A stretch of DNA of 63,912 bases, taken from Candidatus Babelota bacterium (GTDB taxonomy: Bacteria; Babelota; Babeliae; Babelales; UASB340). Every line of letters starts with the position of its first letter. The first letter of the stretch is position 1. The position numbers and the translations under genes are program-made. The notes beneath the pieces are model-generated. The model had not been told where the DNA came from and did no database searches. It worked only from the letters and a program-made list of their open reading frames with translations. Positions 59,690-63,912 of this stretch are shown here, one piece after another. Location of the stretch: contig WJIY01000043.1 of assembly GCA_014730005.1 (NCBI GenBank), positions 1 to 63,912 on the forward strand. Direction: 5' to 3'.

Positions 59690-61447
59690 ATGTTTATATT
59701 AAGTAGGAAAAAAATATTTTATATAATCATTTTTTTCCTTAATGTAAAAACTTTTTGTTTATTAAATTGTCGATATTTCTCAGAATCAATTCCTATCAAT
59801 ATGAAATTTGTTGATATGAAAATTGATAACAATATTAAAAATAAGCCGTATTCGGCGGCTATTTTTATTGATCATATTACAGAATTGAATCCTTTAAATT
59901 GTTCAACATTATCTAGCAGTTTATCCGAATTTTTTTGTATGCAATGTTGTCCGATAATTATTTTTGGGAACCATTTGTTACTTAATTTGATTCAAAAAAT
60001 AGACTCATTAAATATTAGAACAGAAACTTCATTAAAATATTTTGCAGCAATTAAAAACTTATTATCCGATTTTGATAAAAATTGGATTGTAATAAAATTA
60101 ACAAAAAAATATACCAAATATTTAATGATTCCCAAAAAGCATTTGCAGTATTTTTTCAATTTAGATTTTAATAATTATGACAAAACTTTATATAAAGAAC
60201 TAGAAGTACTTTGTCAAAAACAAAAAGTTGTAAATTTAAAAGGTGATATTTGTAAAAATGTATTTGATGTTATCAAATCTTTAGGATTTATTATTGATAG
60301 TAAATTTGAGGACTATCAATTTATAAATTATCAAGATCTTAAAAAAGAAGTTATAAGTTTTGTTGGGACATTGAATCAGTTTGGTTGGGATGTAAAAAAT
60401 ACATTAAAACAAATTTTATGTGTTGCAAATTCAGATAATAAATGGCAATTATTTTTAGATGGTCATGGTGCTTGCGATTATGTAGATGATTTTGCAACAA
60501 TTTGTACATTGCCTGTTGAAATTTTTAAAAAAATCTTTGTTGATATATGTGAAAAAAATATTAATTGGATTTTTTTAAAAGCATGTTTTTTGGGAGGAGA
60601 AAATAGAAAGATTATAGAAAACGTGATTCCTAAGTTGGTTGAAAAAAATATTTGTCCACACATAGCTATTGGATCTTCCATGGATTCTGATTCTTATAAG
60701 TTCTATTCAAGAGAAATTGTTTCTAAAAAAGAATGTGATTGGGTTAGAAAGGATAATTTATTTCTTTTTGAATCCATTTTAACTAAATTTGGTTTGTATA
60801 GTAGTTGTCTTTTAAATCAGGATTTTTTTAGAGGTATAAATATACGTGATTCTATTTTTAAAACAGCCGTTATTTATAAAAAAATATTTTCGGAGAAAGA
60901 AAAGATTTGTATATCAAATTGGCCTTTATTATTAGATCCGCATGTAAGTTATAAATTTTTACCTTTGCAAAACCATAATTGTTTGTACCTAAACTTTGAA
61001 AATAATAAAACAGTTTGTTTTCAAACAAATGGTCAAAAAATAGTATTTATTGACAATGATGCTATATACAGTTTAAAGATAGCCAATAAAATACCACATT
61101 TAATATCCTTTAATACTAATAATTTTATACATGTAATAAAAATAATAGATGCTAGTTATTTTGATATTGATATACAAATTTTTTTAAAAAAAATGTTTAT
61201 CAATAAATACGTACAGATTGGTTGTTTAAAAGAATTTAAAATCGAAGATTTAATTTTGGGACAAAAAAAGTATTGCGAGATTAATGTTAAACAGTTTTAT
61301 GATAAAGAATTACAATCTTATATTACAACTCTTTCTTGGTTTGATATTAGTCAAAATAAAAAAATTTCTTGTAGATATGTTTTTGATAGCATGATAAAAG
61401 ACAAATCGAATAAAGATGTGAAAAGGGAAGAGTGGATATTGCTTTAA
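59690..61447 (+). CDS. Hypothetical exported protein with possible clan CD (His-Cys) peptidase motifs
   Basis: Hydrophobic N-terminus from ATG 59690 (ORF open from 59651); WQLFLDGHG and WIFLKACFLGGEN. Confidence 0.55.
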   Translation: MFILSRKKIFYIIIFFLNVKTFCLLNCRYFSESIPINMKFVDMKIDNNIKNKPYSAAIFIDHITELNPLNCSTLSSSLSEFFCMQCCPIIIFGNHLLLNLIQKIDSLNIRTETSLKYFAAIKNLLSDFDKNWIVIKLTKKYTKYLMIPKKHLQYFFNLDFNNYDKTLYKELEVLCQKQKVVNLKGDICKNVFDVIKSLGFIIDSKFEDYQFINYQDLKKEVISFVGTLNQFGWDVKNTLKQILCVANSDNKWQLFLDGHGACDYVDDFATICTLPVEIFKKIFVDICEKNINWIFLKACFLGGENRKIIENVIPKLVEKNICPHIAIGSSMDSDSYKFYSREIVSKKECDWVRKDNLFLFESILTKFGLYSSCLLNQDFFRGINIRDSIFKTAVIYKKIFSEKEKICISNWPLLLDPHVSYKFLPLQNHNCLYLNFENNKTVCFQTNGQKIVFIDNDAIYSLKIANKIPHLISFNTNNFIHVIKIIDASYFDIDIQIFLKKMFINKYVQIGCLKEFKIEDLILGQKKYCEINVKQFYDKELQSYITTLSWFDISQNKKISCRYVFDSMIKDKSNKDVKREEWILL

Positions 61448-61454
61448 AGATATA

Positions 61455-61851
61455 ACATGAGCTTAGTATAAGAAATGAAAAAAATATCTACTTTGTTTAT
61501 TATCCTGATTTTATGATATGTTCAAGCTGCTTGATTATTGAATTGGTTTAAATTAAAAAATTGCAGAAAAGATAATTAAGTGTTTTGTATGATCACCATA
61601 TATACTTACTTATTCAGGACGGGTATTCGATTTCCCCATTTTTCATTAATACTACGAGGTTACCTAAGGCGTCAATATGCAGACAGGGTGACCGGAGCAG
61701 TAGGATTCTTTATTATCTTTTTCCCTTGTTAATTTAAAATTAGCAAAAGATAAGATTAATGCGTAGTCAGGAGTATAGATAGACAGTTTATTTTATTGCA
61801 AAATAATTATCGAGTTTGCATTAATTACCTCTTCTTAACCAGAGTTTGTAT
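61455..61851. mobile_element. Composite degenerate IS982-like MITE remnants
   Basis: ACATGAGCTTAGTATAAGAAATGAAAAAA at 61455; TTTATTTTATTGCAAAATAATTATCGAGTTTGCAT at 61787-61821 (33/35 identical to 55688-55722); TTAACCAGAGTTTGTAT ending 61851; AAGATAT on both flanks. Confidence 0.45.
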
Positions 61852-61859
61852 TAAGATAT

Positions 61860-63578
61860 CTAAATTCCTGGTAAAGTTGCATATGTAGATGCGCTTGGCT
61901 TTGAAATATTTAAAATTTTTGCAAGTGTAGGAGCCAATTGTGTCATGCAAACTTGTTCGTTAAAGATTTGTTTTTCAAACCAATCTTTTTGATAAATGAT
62001 TAATGGGACATGAGTATCATAATCATAAGGACTTCGATGTGATGTTCCTGTTTTATATTTTGTTAAAACGCAATAAGGTTCAGGTTGACAAATAAGCTCG
62101 CCTGTTCGACCAGGATATTTTGAAGCTTTAAAAAAGAATTCTATTTGATTTTGTGGTATGTCAAAATAATCGAGTTCATCATTTGTCCAGACTTTTTTTA
62201 TTCCAGGTTGTTTTGAAAGAAAGTTTTTTAAATCATTTAAGATTTCATTTAAAATTGTATTTTCTAAATTTTTTATTTTTTGTTTATTTATGAAAAAATA
62301 TATTTTTTTAAAATCAATTACGAAATTAGATATTCCATAATTTTTTTCAACGATTTTATTCATTTGTTCTATTAATGGTTTTACAAAAATTCGAATGGAT
62401 TTTTTATATCCTTGAGCTTGCATGATTTCTGGTATTGGAGCAACTCCATGATCTGCTGTTAAGACAAATAAAACGTTTGATGCTCCAACTTTTTCTTGTG
62501 TATATTTTATAAAATTGCCTATTTGATTATCGATATGATAAATCATATCTACTACTTCTAAGCTATCTGGGCCATAATTGTGTGCAAGTTTATCAAGAGG
62601 GCTAAGGGATATTGCAAGTAAGAATTTATCTTTAGGATTTTCGGATAAATTTTTGTCTAAACATGTTTTTGCAATATCAAGTATTAACTGGTTACAAGCG
62701 GGTGTTTTTATATAAAATTCGAATGGTTCTTCTTTTGAGAAATCTATTTTTTGAGGATTTTTTATTAAACTAAATTCAAAGCCGGCGTGATTATAATCAT
62801 TTATATATTTAAAACTATAGGCTGGATCATCCACGGGATAGCATAATTTCCAAGATGTTTCTTTCAATTTATCAAGTTTTAATTCTGTATTAAACTCTTT
62901 TAACCATTTTGGAATCTTTTTTACGTAAGCTTTACTTGAAGTGAAGCCGATCGATTTTTGATCAAACCAAAATGCTTTGCCTAATTGTCCAGCTAAAGGA
63001 AGAGTAGCATAAGGTTTCAGAGAAAAGGCGAATGCTTGATGATTTTCAAATGGCTGTGAGCTTAATATGAATTGATCCACAATTGTATCAACCATCAAGT
63101 TCGTTGCAGATATTCCATAATCATACAATCCATTTTTAGAAAAAACTCCTGCTTGCTTTTTGTCATCACTGACAATTTTTATTTTATTTCCTTGACTATC
63201 AAGCCAATATCCAAGAGCAAAACCATGTTCGCATGGAAGAGTTCCGGTTGCTATTGTTGCATGTCCTGCAGGAGTGCTAGGGGCAGCATTTTTGTATTTT
63301 GCATTGGTATAAAAAATGCCATTTTCTATTAAAGTTTTTAAGCCGTATTTGAAATATTTTTTTAATTTTGGAACATGGTGATATGCAAATTGATCGATAA
63401 TTAAAATTACAGTTAATCTTGGTGTTTCTTGATTATTATTTATTTCTTTATGATCTTCTTGCATAGATGGTGTTGAAATTTTTTGCAGAGAACTATCGCT
63501 ATTTATTATGGCAATATCGAAACAAGAAAATAGAAAGATTGTTAAACTAAATATTTTGTTTTTGGATGAAAATTTCAT
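61860..63578 (-). CDS. Alkaline phosphatase superfamily protein (PafA-like/nucleotide pyrophosphatase)
   Basis: Signal peptide; IIDQF, STPAGHATIATG (Thr nucleophile), DKLAHNYGP, TADHG, HRSPYDYDTHVP. Confidence 0.9.
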   Translation of the reverse strand: MKFSSKNKIFSLTIFLFSCFDIAIINSDSSLQKISTPSMQEDHKEINNNQETPRLTVILIIDQFAYHHVPKLKKYFKYGLKTLIENGIFYTNAKYKNAAPSTPAGHATIATGTLPCEHGFALGYWLDSQGNKIKIVSDDKKQAGVFSKNGLYDYGISATNLMVDTIVDQFILSSQPFENHQAFAFSLKPYATLPLAGQLGKAFWFDQKSIGFTSSKAYVKKIPKWLKEFNTELKLDKLKETSWKLCYPVDDPAYSFKYINDYNHAGFEFSLIKNPQKIDFSKEEPFEFYIKTPACNQLILDIAKTCLDKNLSENPKDKFLLAISLSPLDKLAHNYGPDSLEVVDMIYHIDNQIGNFIKYTQEKVGASNVLFVLTADHGVAPIPEIMQAQGYKKSIRIFVKPLIEQMNKIVEKNYGISNFVIDFKKIYFFINKQKIKNLENTILNEILNDLKNFLSKQPGIKKVWTNDELDYFDIPQNQIEFFFKASKYPGRTGELICQPEPYCVLTKYKTGTSHRSPYDYDTHVPLIIYQKDWFEKQIFNEQVCMTQLAPTLAKILNISKPSASTYATLPGI

Positions 63579-63646
63579 ATTAAAAAATCCTTAAAATAAA
63601 TTAAAATTTTTAATTTTATTTTATTTTAAGGATTTTTTAATATGAA
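63574..63646 (-). promoter_or_regulatory. Perfect 27-bp inverted repeat covering the RBS and ATG of the phosphatase gene
   Basis: TTCATATTAAAAAATCCTTAAAATAAA (63574-63600) / TTTATTTTAAGGATTTTTTAATATGAA (63620-63646). Confidence 0.6.
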
Positions 63647-63700
63647 TAAAAGAATTTTGATTTTTAAAATTATATTTTGTTTAAAACTTTGAAAAATAGT

Positions 63701-63745
63701 TAATAGACTTAAAAAAAATAGCCGCTATTTTTTTTAAGTCTATTA
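63701..63745. terminator. Perfect ~21-bp hairpin, probable terminator of the truncated terminal gene
   Basis: TAATAGACTTAAAAAAAATAG-CCG-CTATTTTTTTTAAGTCTATTA. Confidence 0.6.
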
Positions 63746-63766
63746 TATTAAGCCTTCTGGATATTC

Positions 63767-63912
63767 TTATTCTATTATATGAAGCTTTCTGGCAATAAAT
63801 CTAGTTATTGAAAGATCGTGTTTTTGTGTGGCAAGATATTCTAATATTGAATCAAGATAGAATTTATATTTTGCTTCAGGTTCAAGAGCAGATTCAGGAG
63901 CAGGTTCAAGAG
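63767..63912 (-). CDS. C-terminal fragment of a hypothetical protein with Glu-Pro-Ala repeats (runs off window)
   Basis: Hand translation LEPAPESALEPEAKYKFYLDSILEYLATQKHDLSITRFIARKLHIIE*; hairpin follows the stop. Confidence 0.55.
   Translation of the reverse strand, partial: LEPAPESALEPEAKYKFYLDSILEYLATQKHDLSITRFIARKLHIIE

Overview
A very AT-rich bacterial chromosome segment. Two tandem Npt/TLC nucleotide translocases, signal-peptide-bearing ankyrin, LRR and pentapeptide proteins and MutS-like proteins suggest an intracellular protist parasite, most plausibly Babelota (Dependentiae/TM6); this assignment is inference. Most of the window is shuffled housekeeping genes (tatD, hup, sbcC, rodA, waaA, lon, rpsB, dnaX, der, lptB, hpf, fabF, acpP, lysS, recJ, cmk, PIN-PhoH, thrS, nth, xerC/D, mrdA, gmhB, mreC, dus, gatCA, two AGCS symporters, MATE, lpxL), plus tRNA-Ser(GGA), SRP RNA and two tRNA-Arg. 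Most notable: (1) a two-gene unit pairing an orphan LIV-type periplasmic binding protein with a pentameric ligand-gated ion channel (pLGIC) homologue whose canonical gating residues appear altered; (2) a four-gene cluster of two paralogous exported membrane proteins, an ATPase-less MutS-like protein and an exported-looking MutS-V ATPase; (3) the left end of an IS982 element at the window start and a family of related MITE-like elements carrying nested REP-like units; (4) a putative His-Cys clan CD protease flanked by such remnants; (5) long perfect hairpins, one covering an RBS and start codon. All calls come from motif recognition by eye; no searches were run.
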